Shown: positions 1-12,880 of the stretch, piece after piece
How positions within the stretch are numbered: position 1 is the first letter of the stretch
Layout of the letters: every line of letters starts with the position of its first letter
From: Azolla caroliniana
Taxonomy: Eukaryota; Plantae; Polypodiophyta
Length of the DNA stretch: 64,000 bases
Direction of reading: 5' to 3'
Assembly: GCA_043228905.1 (NCBI GenBank)
Contig: JBHGNT010000006.1
Coordinates: forward strand, 13,826,001-13,890,000
Notes under the pieces: model-generated
What the model was told of the DNA's origin: nothing
The model's database searches: none
Seen by the model: the letters and a program-made list of their open reading frames with translations, nothing else
Made by a program: the position numbers and the translations under genes

Positions 1-319
1 TTAGTGGTCTATCTAAGGTAATTGGTGTTAGTAGAAAAAGTGTGTACAATACATTGAACCGGATAGTTTCCTCGGGTGAAGGAACTAGTTTCCTAAAGCT
101 AACAACAAGATGTAAGCCAATGACACCCATAACATAAGAAATGAAGGATATAATCACAATATTTTGGACTAATGAGAGTAGGGTTTCACCCAATACGAAG
201 GATTTATGCAGGAAACGTGTTGGAAGGAGTCAATACGAGCATCCCATTCATCTTCTTGATGTACCTCAAGTATTTACATTTATGTCGACATTTGTTTCCA
301 CTTTTGTGCTTAGTTAGTT

Positions 320-865
320 AGCTTATTAGCTACCTCCGAATATGATCATATCCGAATAGCTAATTACCTACCTCAAAATATGACCATAGCTAACTAGCTA
401 CCAGTAATAGGTAATTATCTCCCTAAGAATATCGAACGTAGCTATTCAACCACCAGAATAGCTAATTAGCTACCATTCATAGCTATTTAGCTACCACATT
501 AGCTAATTAGCTGCCAATGACAATAGCTAATTAGCTACTAGAGTAGCTAATTAGCAGCTTATGACTATAGCTAATTAACTACCAGAATTGCTATTCCCCT
601 ACTAGAATAGCTACTGTACTAAACTATGGTAGTTACAGCTTGGAATAGATAATCTACTAATAATATACTAAGATATAGATAACATTAGAATGTTGATTAA
701 TATATAACGCTTGACTATATACAAGAGGTGAAGAGTTAGAATCTTGACATGACTGTTGTCATGTCCGATTTGGGCCTAGTTGATCGGTCTTCACCCAATC
801 CAACTCTCGGCTTGTTCAGCTTATCCAGCCCATGTTGGGCTTGCTTCTCAACACTCCCCCTCAAG
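320..865 (-). mobile_element. Ty1/copia 3' LTR edge plus polypurine tract (remnant)
   Basis: The minus strand reads CTTGAGGGGGAG (PPT, 854-865) then TGTTGAGAAGCAAGC (LTR start at 853), the same start as the LTRs at 56484 and 61310. TAGCTA-rich repeats lie at 320-640. The left boundary is not determined. Confidence 0.6.
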
Positions 866-2664
866 CTCAACTTGAGGATCCTTCTGCTTTATCGGTTCCT
901 TGCTTCGGCTCCTCTTGGCATCTTCACGCCTTGCTCTCGCTCCTTGTCCCACGTTGCACAACCCCTCCAGTCCAATGTTGCTCGACCCGTCCGATTCTGC
1001 ACACCTCGACCCATTTGGTCGGCTTAACTCCTCATCAGGCTCTTCTCAGCTCCGTCGATGTCGTGGCATTGGCACCCTCCAACCCACCTACTCCTTCGTT
1101 TTGGTATCAGGTTTGGCTGCCTTTTCGTCTGCTTGGCCTCCATATGATTCAGCTCGTGCGAATCAATGCACTCGACTGAATTGGTTGTCTCTGATTCATT
1201 CCCGCTCTTGTTTGAATTGGCTATCTCCAATTCTTCCTCATTCAGGCCCTTGACCATGTCTGACCATGTCCTGGTCCTAGCCTTTTTCTTAAGCTTGGAT
1301 TGATCCTTCTTGACTCTACCGTGTTTGCCACCTGTTCTGGTTCAAATGAGATGTTTCGACTACCTGTGTTGGAAGACTGTAGGGGCATTGGTGAGACCGA
1401 ATGGCATCACCTTGTACTCTAAATGCTCATAGCGCATCTGAAACGCTATTTTCCACTCATCCCCGTGCTTGATGCGCACTAGATTATAGACATGCCGAAC
1501 GTCTATTTTGGAGAAGATACGCCCGGTTCGGAGTCAATTGAGGAGCGTTGGAATTAAGGGCAAGGGAACACGATTATGCATTGTAACTTTGTTGAGACCT
1601 TGATAATCCACACATAGGCGTAATGAGGCATCCTTCTTCTTCACAAATAAGATTGGGGTCCCGATCGGCGACCTCCGGATGGAAGAGTGTTACAAATGCG
1701 CTATGGCTCTTCTAAGTGCACAACGGATCGTTAGTGTGTTCAAGAGAGAAAGGAAAAGGGGAAGGAGACTCACCTTTGTGGCAGCCCAAAAACGTTCTGT
1801 TTCATTACACAGAAAAAACCTCTCTCGTTTGTTTTCTTACTTTTCTTCTTACTTCACTATCATACTCACTCTTACTTTTTTACCTAAGTATATAAATCAC
1901 TTACATATTCAGCTAATTAGTTGTGAGTAGCTAAATAGTTGTGGATAGCTAAATAGTTGTTTTACCTATATGTCCAATAGTAGCTAGCTTCCTTATAGCT
2001 ACTATAGACGATCTCGGTTACCAATAAGCATCGATTGCTTTTGTTGAGTTTGTTTCTTAACACTCCCCCCAAGCCCAACTTATCCATTCTTGACATCATC
2101 TTCAATCTTCTTCTTTTCAAGATTTCCAGCCATCATATAAATGTTTATAACTCCAATCATGTCCCTAAATTATGTATGTTTTTCTATGCTCAGTCCCTTC
2201 GTAAGAATGTCAGCCACTTGCTAATTTGTACTCACATACAATAGATCTACTTCTATATCAATCATTTTCTCTCTAACAAAGTGATAATGCACTTCAATGT
2301 GCTTTGTTCTTGTATGGTTTTTGCGAGCTAAATGCAGCTCATATTGTCACACCAAATTGTGATTGCACCATCTATATACTCTCACAAATCAGCAAGCAAT
2401 CTTTTGATCCATACTTCTTCACAAGTCACTATTGCAACTCCTCGATATTTAGCTTCAGTACTTGATAATGCAACAGTACCTTGGTTCTTGCTACTCAATG
2501 AAATAGTTGCACTTCCCAATGTAAACATATATCCACTCGTGGATCTTCTATCAGTTTAGCTTCCAGCCCAATCAACGTCTGTACATCCTTCCAATTTTAT
2601 GTCCAAATCATCCCTGTAAAACAGTCCATAGTTCTAGGTAGCTTATATATACTTCAAGATTCTT

Positions 2665-3282
2665 CTAATGCAATCCAAATGTGGCTTTGTTGGTTGTTGC
2701 AGATGGATCAACCTTTGACATTTTGAAAGCAATTTTTTTCAGAGATTCTGAAAGTTCTTTGTGCCATGCTCTTGGTGCTTGTTTCAGTCCATAGAGAGCC
2801 TTTTTCAGCTTACAAACATATTCTAGATGCTTCTTATCTTCAAATCTTGGTGGTTGACACATGTACACTTCCTCTTCTAAGTGGCCATGTAAAAAGGCAT
2901 ATTCTACATCCATATGGTGCAGAACCCATCTTTTGGCTACACTTACAACAAGTAGTGTCCTCAAGGTTGCCATTTTTGCAACCGGTGCAAATGTCTCATC
3001 ATAATGAATTCCTTGCATTTGGACATATCCCTTTGCAACAAGTCTTGCTTTATGTCTACTTACATTCCCATTGGAATTATGCTTTGTTTTGTAGACCCAT
3101 TTGCAACCTACCACATTTTTTCCTTTTGGCAACTTTACCAAATCCCATGTTTTATTTTCAGCCAATGCATTTATTTCGTCTTGCATTGCATTCACCCATT
3201 TCTTCTCAGCTTTTGCTTCTTCATAACTATTTGGATTAGGGATTTGTACCACTTTAGACATATATGCATAATGCATAGCCAT
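2665..3282 (-). pseudogene. copia reverse transcriptase fragment
   Basis: [29 protein letters not shown] and [11 protein letters not shown] motifs. Confidence 0.9.
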
Positions 3283-3580
3283 TTATGTATCATAACCAAA
3301 TCTTTCAATAGTTTTTTTCTCTCTATTTGATCTTCTCAGTTTCTGATTTCCATCATTCATTGCTTTTTCAACACCAGGGATTTTCAAGACTCGTATACCC
3401 ATCTCATCATCCAATGATAATCTACATCTTCCATGTTTGTAGATTCTTCATAAAACATTTCATATTGTGGCATCTTCTATTTACCCTTTTTATCATCATA
3501 TTTTTTATATCTTGCATTCTTTCCACTCCAAGCATTTGAATCAAATTTACTACCTAAGTTTTCCGGTGGTCCGGTACATG

Positions 3581-4336
3581 CTATTTATGTTGGACATTGT
3601 CTCTGTCTTCATTAATTTTTGCATCTTGTTTTGGGTCGTGCCAACTACCCAACTCATCAAATATTACATCACAACTTAATACAATCTTTTTTGTCAAAAG
3701 GTTATAACATTTATACCCTTTTTGCTCCACCCAATATACCACAAAAACACGTTTTTCAGCTTTTGGATCAAGCTTACTTCTTACTTCAGCAGGTACATGA
3801 ACATAAGCAATGCATCCAAACATTTTTAAGTGTCCTAAACTAGGTTTCCTACCATAGAAACATTCTTTAGGAGTTACTACATGTACTCCAGATGTTATGC
3901 ATCTATTTAGAATATAGTTTGTTGTATTTACAACTTTAGCCCAGTAATACAATGACATATTTTTTTCAGTTATCAAAGCTCTTGCTATGTTTACTAGAGT
4001 TTTATTTTTTCTCTCAACCACTCCATTTTGTTGTAGAGTATATCTACATGTGAACTGTCTCCTTATCCCTTGATTGCATAGGAAATTACAAAATTCATTT
4101 GAGAAGTATTCTCCTCCTCCATCAGACCTTAAGCATTTTATTCTAATCTTGGCTTGCTTTTCGACCATGCATTTGAACTTACGAAAGAAATCAAATACTT
4201 CACTCTTCTCTCTCAAGAAGTAAACGCATGTTTTCCTTGAGCAATCATCAATGAATGTTACATAAAACCTACGGCCACCAATTGCGGCATTTTTTGTAGG
4301 TCCCCCCATACATCTGTATGTACCAAATCCACGCAA
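3581..4336 (-). pseudogene. copia integrase core fragment
   Basis: FIDDCSRK, LRSDGGGEY, QQNGVVERKN and GYKCYN motifs. Confidence 0.9.
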
Positions 4337-5452
4337 GGAAAAAAAAAATTATCCAATTTTTATGTAACTATTTGGCTTCCATTTTCAGCATCCATCTCTC
4401 TTTCAATTTAGGGCTTTAGCTACAATTAACTCCAACAAGAACCTCTCTAATTAAGATAAAAAAATGGAGAAATTTTCTCAGATTTGTACTGTCTATTTTT
4501 CTTTATGAGCAACGTTGCTCTCATAATACCATGTTACAAAGGCACTACAACTCTTCTTAATGCAAAATGGATTGTGATGTGTTGGATCATTAGTGTGTTC
4601 AAGAGAGAAAGGAAAGGGGGGAAGGAGACTCACCTCTGTAGCAGCCCAAAAACATTATGTTTCATTACTTTTCTTCTTATTTCACTCTCATACTCACTCG
4701 TACTTTTTTACCTAAGTATATAAATCAGTTACATATTCAGCTAATTAACTGTCAGTAAGTAATTAGTTGTCAGTAGCTAAATAGTTGTGGATAGCTAAAT
4801 AATTGTTTTACCTATATGTCCAATAGTAGCTAGCTTCCTAATAGCTACTGTAGAAGATCTTGGTTACCAATACGCATCACATGCTTTTGTTGAGCTTTTT
4901 TCTTAACAAAGAGCACGGGTCAAATCATATGGAGGCAATAGGAAACTCAAATGTCCCCGGAATCGGCCGAATCCGATTGGGTTATATTTGTAAATAGCCT
5001 ACATGTGCCCATTGTGACTATATTTATAAATAGTCATTTAAGTGTATGAGTATAAATATAGTTAGTGCAAGTAGTTAGAGGTATGTATGATCATTGTTAT
5101 TGTTGAAAAGTTACAGTAGGTAGTTGCCTCTGGAACTAGGAGAGGGAGTAAGAGAGTGAGAGTGAGTGAGTGTGAGTGACCTCTCCATAGCTGCACGTGA
5201 GAAGAAAAAGGGCCATTCCCTTGCCGGTTTCTTCTTGTATTCCTCTTCTTCTATAGTGATATAGTTCGTAGTTCATTGACTCCCATGCTTTTTCCCCCTT
5301 TTCATGGTTTTCCACATTAAATATTTTGTCTCTCTGTACTTGTGTTTTTTTGTGTGTGTCTACGCACTATCGGTCTCGATCTTTGCACCCTCATATGCAT
5401 ACGTAGAAACCGGTTGTGGTCGGTTGATTCTCAACAAACTGGTATCAAAGAA

Positions 5453-7616
5453 ATGGAAGACTCATTTGGCGGCATGTTCAAACAAACTTGCTCCAACTAA
5501 TATGACAAGATCAAGCCAAACAAGATCGATGTGTTGACTTGGGAGGTCATGCATCTGAATGCGGCCACATACATAAAGTGTTTGGTAGACATGAGTCTAC
5601 AACTTCAATGAGGAAAACAAGGCAGATGTCCTTTGGGAGAATATTGCCATTATGTTCGAAAACAAGAATGTCGTCAACAAAGTTTTAGTGTTCAGGAAGA
5701 TCGTGAGACTCCAGTATCAGGATGACTCCAACATGGCGGAGTACTTGAATGCCTTCTAGGGACTAATCAACTAAACCACCTCTCTAGAAGTACCTCTAGC
5801 TGACGAGGTATTAGCATTATTGTTGTTGGGATCCCTTCCGAATAGCTGAGAGACACTCGTTGTCCTATTAGGCAATCCTAGAACGGAAGGGAAGCATTTA
5901 TCCCTAGAGAAGGTGAAGTCAAGGTTGCTGAATGAGGAAGCTCGTTGAAAGGACAAAGAGTCTGTGACCAACCCAAAGGTTGTCATCATAGAAGGTGAAA
6001 TGAACCGAGGAAGAGGCCAAAATAGAAGTCCCTAGAACCAGGAGAAGTCGGGGATGAGGTCGAAGTCAAGGGAGAGGCCCACTTGCTTCTATTGTGGGAA
6101 GCCGGGCCACTTCCAGAAAAATTGCCGATGCTACCAGAAGGAGAAAGGGGGAGTTGATGGTGTAGAGCCGAAGAAAATCCCGGACAGAAAGAACACCTCT
6201 GTAGTCGTCGTGAGTGAAGAGGAGTTGTTGTTCATTACTGAACAAAATGAAGTCAATCTTGCCGACAAAGAATCGACATGGGTAGTCGATTCAAGTGCAT
6301 CCTTTCACCTAGCCCCCAATAGAAGATGCTTCTCATCATACACAGCCGGTGATCATGGTTGTGTGAAAACGGGAAATGAAGGACCATACCGAAACTTTGG
6401 GGTTCCAATTGGTGTTAAAGGATGTCTGACAAGTTTCTAAAGTTCAGCTTAATATGATATAAGTCGGTCGGGTGGATGACAAAGGCTACACGGTAAGCAT
6501 CTAGAACAATGTCATGAAGTTCTACAAGGGAAGCTTGATTGTGGCTCAAGCCCAAAAAACCAACACATTGTATCTAATGCATGTCCGAATATGTCAGGGG
6601 GAAGTGAACGTGGCAGCCGACACTATCGGTGAGTTGTGGCACAAGAGGTTGTGTCACATCAGTGAGAAGGGAATGCGGAGACTTGCCAAGATAACCTCAT
6701 TCCAGAGATGAAAAACATGCAACTTGAGAATTGCACCAATTGCTTGGCCGGCAAGAAAACTTAACCTCCTTCCGAACAAGGAAGAGTATGTCATTGTAAC
6801 TCGTGCCTATGGATGTATACTACGTAGACACTAACTCACATGCCGGTTCACAATATTTTGTGACCTTCATTGATGACTGTAGTCAGAAGTTATGGGCTTC
6901 CGTATTGAAGACCAAGGACCAGGTGTGGTTGGTCTTCAAGGAGTTCCAAGTGAGAGCTGAAAGAGAAACCGATCGAATATTGAAAGCGGTCTCATCGGAT
7001 AATGGAGGTGAGTACCGAGGATAGTTTGAACAGTACTGTCGGTCAAAGGGAAATTGACTCCAATATACTATGCTGAAAATGCCAGAACTCAACGGGTTGG
7101 CCGAGAGGATGAACTAGACCATTATGGAGAAGGTTCGAAGCATGCTAGCACATGCCAACTTGTCCAACACATTCAAGGCTGAGGCGTTGATGACAATAGT
7201 GTATGTGATAAATAGATCACCCTCAGCAACCCTGGACGGAGATATTCCATAGAGAGTGTGGACCATGCAAAGACCTGTCATATCGACACCTAAGGATGTT
7301 CGGATGTCTTCCCTACGTGCATGTTGCTAAGGACTAGAGGGGTAAACTCAATCTGAAAACTCGGCCATGCATATTTCTTGCATACGGCGACGACGAATTC
7401 AGCTATTGGCTATGGGAATTAGCCAAGAAGAAAGTGATCTAGAGCTGAGATGTTGTCTTTATGGAAGAAAAGACAATCGTCGATTGGGAGAAAGAGAAGT
7501 TGGATGCATCCTCTCAACTAGTTGGAAGTCGAAAGCCGACTGAAGAACAAAGAGAGTCAACCGAATTCGGCTCGACAGTCAGAGGTCAGTCAGAAGTCAG
7601 AGTTGGACGCGGAATT
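5453..7616 (+). pseudogene. Copia B gag-protease-integrase (degenerate), 5' part
   Basis: CFYCGKPGHFQKNC zinc knuckle, WVVDSSASFH protease, LWHKRLCH and FIDDCSQK, with many stops and frameshifts. It is interrupted at 7617 by gypsy C and resumes near 53567. Confidence 0.85.
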
Positions 7617-8375
7617 TGTTGGCCGCCTTAGACGACCAAGTGGGGAAAGTCAAAAAGAAAAGACAAAGGAACGGTTATGGCATGATAAGCGGACGGATGG
7701 GGCTGTAGCGACATAATGAGGGAATAGTAGAACCCGTAGCGTTTTGTATATGAGTAATGGTTCACATGTCAAGCGTAACCGACCATGACCCTGTATAAAA
7801 TGGGCATGGAAAACTTGTAATAGCGAGTGTTGAGAATCAAGCTCAACTTGGTCTAGTGTGTGAACTCACCTTGAGAGTGAATAGACACTCCAACGGTCAA
7901 GAGTCACCACTATGTCACCACTTTGTATTCTAGCATTTAGTATGAGTCATAGAATCATATTCTATGACACATAACTTATGAGCTTTCACATTCCCCATGC
8001 TCCATGAGTCTTGTAGTTAATGAAGAGAGAGGGTGACTATATAAAGCACCCTCCTCCCACTTTGTATGATTTTGAGTCTTTCTCCTTTGTCAATATACTT
8101 TTACCTTGCGTATTCCTTGTCTCTCTCACTCACACTCTCTCTCTCTCTCATACACACACATAACTCATATCTCTTCCACTTCACAAGAATCCATCTCTTG
8201 ATTCTTTACATGGTATCGGAGCGATTTGGTAGCTCGATCTAGCCCATTCGCCTCATCGTGATCGTGTGTTGTGCTCTACGCCGACGACCAAGAACCGGCT
8301 CATAGCTATCGTAGCTTCGCTACATAGCTCGCATTCGAAGAGAGAAGAAGAAGAAGAAGAAGAAGAATTGACATA

Positions 8376-11300
8376 ATGAATACTCAAATGGGGAGCGCTC
8401 TCCCTACCAAGAATTTGGATCGAAACAACTTCGCATCTTGGGAGTACAAGATGCACCAATACCTTGTCAGACAAGGCTATTGGAGCTACATCAAAGGAGT
8501 GCATGAAGACCGACCCGCCGAAGCGGCTCCCGGATACGCGACATGGGAGCAAGCCGCAAGCCACGTGATGTATTGTTTGGTGACATGTGTTCACAACCAC
8601 ATGCTCGGTTACATTCGAGAAGCCAAGACGCCGAAGGAAGCGTGGGAAAATCTACGAAAGATTTTCGCCGCCAACACGACCGCGAGGAAGCTTCAACTCC
8701 GCCAAGAGTTGAAGAACATTCAACAAAGGGACATGTCCATCACGACATACACCATGAAGATCAAGGAGCTTTGTGACTCGCTCGGCTCAATAAGCGAAGT
8801 ATAGATGATGATGAGATAGTCCAAATATGCCTCGGCGGCCTCGCACCACGGTTCGGCGCGATGCGAACCGCCGTTCTAGCACGGGAGAAATCTCCCTCCT
8901 TCTTCGAGCTCCAATCAATGCTATTGATCGAAGAAAACCACATGTGTACAAGGAGCAATGAGTCGGAAGACCACATGCTCTACACGCACTCTAATGGAGG
9001 AAGAGGGTGCGAACGAGCGAGAGGCCGATCCAACCAAGGACAAGGCGGACGAGGTCCGACCTAAGACAACAACTCCCAATTTCGGCCACAAAACGGAGGC
9101 CAACGAGGAACCTTCGCAAGAAGGGGGAGCTTCCACTCCGGCTCGAGCCGTCAAAATGCAACCGAATGAGGATATTGCGGAAAGCTCTGCCACCACGAAG
9201 AAGAGTGCCGAAAGAAGATGCGTGAATCGGCTTCCACAAGCCGACAACTCATGAATTACGCACACAACTCCGACTACGAAGATCGTGGAGGAATGTATGC
9301 GCACAACTCCGACCATGGCGGAATGTTCATGATGAAACAAAGAGCAACACCGACACCCATTCCCGAAAGAGCGGAACGTGAGCAAAGGTCTACTCGACGT
9401 AGTCCATTCCGACGTATGGGGACCGGTGCAGACGGCTACATTCGGCGAATGCCGATATTACATGCTCTTCATCGACGACTTCTCTAGGCACACTTGGATC
9501 TACCGATGCGGCAAAAGAGCAAAGTGTTCGGACACTTCAAAATTTCAAGAATGGAGTCGAGAAAGCCATGGGTCGACATGTACGATGCCTTCGATCGGAT
9601 GGCGGCAAGGAGTACTTCTCGGACGATTTCACGACGTATCTCCGAAAGGAAGGAATTCGGCGAGAACTCACTTGCCGACACACTCCGCAACAAAACGGAG
9701 TAGCTGAGCGCAAAAATCGGCACATCCTCGAAGTAGCGCGGGCCATGATGAACGAGAAGCATATGCCCAAGTCATATTGGGCCGAAGCTGCAAATACGGC
9801 CGTCTACCTAATGAACCGGTGCACAACATCCGGTGTGCACAAGGTCACTCTGCATGAAAAACACTTCGGAAAGAGGCCGGACTTATTGCACATCCGGATA
9901 TTCGGCGCGATAGCATACGTGCACATCCCCGACGAGAAGCCTCAAAAGCTTGACCAGAAGTCGGAGAAATGTATCCTCGTAGGATACTCATTGGAGCAAA
10001 AGGGGTACAAGTGCTACAACCCCTCAACTCGAAAATCTCGAGTAAGTCGAGACGTCATTTTTGACGAGTCCGCATCCTGGTACGCACTAGAGAAAACTTC
10101 ACCTCCGCTCGACTTGAAATTTTCCGAACAAGAGATCAAGGATGAAGATCACCCTACGCGCATGATCGAAGAAAGTCCGATCACGACCCGACTGAGCGGA
10201 CCACAAGAGCCTTTGAGCGATCAAAGCACATCACGGCCTAGCCCGAAGATGGACAAAGGCAAGGCGAAAATGGCGGAATATGAAGACGATCGCTTCGACG
10301 ACGATGAATCGACTCACTCACTCGATAGTGAGTTCGGCGGCTTAGATGTACCAATCGGAGCTAAGAAAGCCCTCATCTCTAAAAATGAAAAGCTCCGCCG
10401 ATCCACTCGCGAAAAGAACCCCGTAAGCCGATTCGGCTACAACGATTATATGGCATACCATTACGCCTTTATGATGAAGGTAGCAACAGTACGGGAGCCG
10501 GAAACCTTTTCGGAAGCCGTGAAGGACCCGCGATGGATCGAAGCAATGAACGAGGAGATGCAGGCACTACGGAAGAACGAGACGTGGGATCTCATTCCCA
10601 CCTCACCAAACAAAAAGGCGATCGGATGCAGATGGATCTACAAGGTGAAGTATAACGCCGATGGCTCCGTAAACCGCTACAAAGCTTGACTCGTAGCGAA
10701 AGGATACGCTCAGAAGCATGGCGTCGACTACGAAGAGAGCTTTGCCCCGGTGGCAAAGATGACGACGGTGCGGACCGTAACTGCGATTGCCGCGGCGAAA
10801 GGGTGGCACCTCCATCAAATGGACGTCAAGAACGCCTTTCTACAAGGCGAATTAGAAGAGGTGTACATGATCCAACCACCCGGCTTCAACTCGAGCACCC
10901 ATCCGAAAGCGGTTTACCGACTCAAGAAGCCACTCTATGGCCTCAAGCAAGAACCGCGTGCTTGACATTTGAAGATAACACAATATCTTCATCAAATCAG
11001 CTTCCGTATGTCAAAATCAGACAACTCCCTCTACATACGAAGCAATTCTGCAAGTCCGATCGTCATCCTTTTATATGCGGATGACCTAACTGAGCGGACC
11101 ACAAGAGCCTTTGAGCGATCAAAGCACATCACGGCCTAGCCTGAAGATGGACAAAGGCAAGGCGAAAATGGCGGAATACGCAGACGATCGCTTCGACGAC
11201 GATGAGTCGACTCACTCACTCGAGAATGAGTTCAGAGGCTTTGATGTACCAATCAAAGCTAAGAAAACCCTCATCTCTGCAAACGAGAAGCTCCGTCAAT

Positions 11301-12880
11301 CCACCCATGACAAGAACACCATAAACCAATTCGGCTACAATGATTATATGGCGTACCATTACGCCTTTATGATGAAGGTAGCAACAGTACGGGAGCCGGA
11401 AACATTCTCCGAAGCAGCCAAGGATCCGCGATGGATCGAAGCCATGAACGAGGAGATGTTGGCACTATGCAAGAACGAGACATGGGATCTCGTTCCCACC
11501 TCGCCACACAAAAAGGCGATTGGATGCAGATGGATTTACAAAGTGAAGTACAACGCCAACGGTTCCATCAACCGCTACAAAGTGCGACTCGTAGCGAAAG
11601 GCTACGCACAAACACATGACGTTGACTACAAAGAGACCTTTGCCCCGGTTGCGAAGATGACGACGGTATGGACCGTAATTCCACTTGCTGTGGCGAAAGG
11701 GTCGCACCTCCATCAAATGGACGTCAAGAACGCCTTTCGACAAGGCGAATTAGAAGAGGAGGTGTACATGATACAACCACCCGGCTTCAACTCGAGCACC
11801 CATCCAAAAGTTGTATGCCGACTCAAGAAGCCACTCTACGGCCTCAAGCAAGCACCGCATGCTTGGCATTCGAAGATAACGCAGTATCTTCATCAAATCG
11901 GCTTCCGTATGTCAAAATCGGACAACTCCCTCTACATACGAAGCGATTCCACAAGTCCGATTGTCATCCTTTTATATGTGGATGACCTAGTCATTGGAGG
12001 CGAGCATCTCGTCGAAATCAATAAAGTCAAATCCCTCCTTTCCGACAAGTTCGAGATGACGAACATGAAGGAGCGCCACTACTTCCTCGGCATCGAGATA
12101 ATTCGAACTCCGGCCGGAATCATGATCTCTCAGCGGCACTACATCCTCAACTTGTTATACAAGTTCGGAATGGCTAACTGTAAATCCGCAGCAACCCCCA
12201 ATTGCAATCTCAAACTAGATGCGAACTCCGGCACCAAAGCGTGTGAGTCGACTCAGTATTGGCAACTCATCGGGAGTCTCATTTACCTCACGATCACACG
12301 GCCCGATGTTAGTTATCCGGTCAGTCTCCTTAGCCAATTCATGCAAACACCGCGTGATACTCACTTGGATTGTGCTAAGCTAGTTCTACGCTACGTGAGC
12401 GGCGCAATGGATTGCGGCATCCTCTACAAGACCGCGATGCCAATACGACTCGAGGGGTACACAGACGCCGATTGGGCCGGCTACAAAGCTAATAGAAGAT
12501 CAACCTCCGGATTTTTTTTCTCCCTCGGCAGCAGAGCAATATCTTCGAGTAGCAAGAAGCAGCCTACCGTCGCTCTTTCGAGTACGGAGGCGGAATACAG
12601 GGGTGCAGCCGTAGTTGCGTGTGAAGCCGTATGGTTCAAGAGGATTTTGAAGGATCTGGGCGTACCCATCAAGGATCCGACTTCCCTTTACTGCGACAAC
12701 ATGAGCACTATCACCTGATCTGAGAGCACATTCTGGCTGGTGATGTCGACCTACAACACATTAGCACCAATCTTCAAACAACTGACATCTTCACTAAAGA
12801 CTTAGGAGCCGACAAGCTGTGGCAATGCATGACCGATCTCGAATTGACGATCCCTTACCTGATAAGCTTGAGGGGGAGTA
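8376..12880 (+). pseudogene. Copia D gag-pol (frameshifted; protease region deleted near 9340)
   Basis: Gag LDRNNFASWEYKM; integrase LRSDGGKEY and PQQNGVAERKN (9568-10689); RT LLYVDDL and RNase H YTDADWAG/SSTEAEY (11111-12718). Confidence 0.9.
10190..11990 (+). repeat. About 0.9-kb diverged tandem duplication within copia D pol
   Basis: ACTGAGCGGACCACAAGAGCC occurs at about 10191 and about 11089. Both copies run to GATGACCTA (about 11088 and about 11989). Confidence 0.9.

Larger units (their letters stand above)
1688..4908 (-). mobile_element. Copia A: internally deleted Ty1/copia LTR retrotransposon
   Basis: LTRs at 1688-2062 and 4532-4908 (TG...CA). TSD AAGAG at 1683-1687 and 4909-4913. 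PPT next to 2063 and a degenerate PBS (TGGTATT) next to 4531. Integrase (3581-4336), RT (2665-3282) and RNase H remnants are present. Most of gag and the protease are deleted near 4340. Confidence 0.9.
1367..5436 (+). repeat. 5' LTR of copia element B, interrupted by copia A (1688-4908)
   Basis: TGTTGGAAG at 1367 (start inferred) and ...CTCAACA ending at 5436, followed by PBS TGGTATCAAAG at 5440 and a gag ATG at 5453. The AAGAG duplication flanks the intervening element. Confidence 0.65.
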
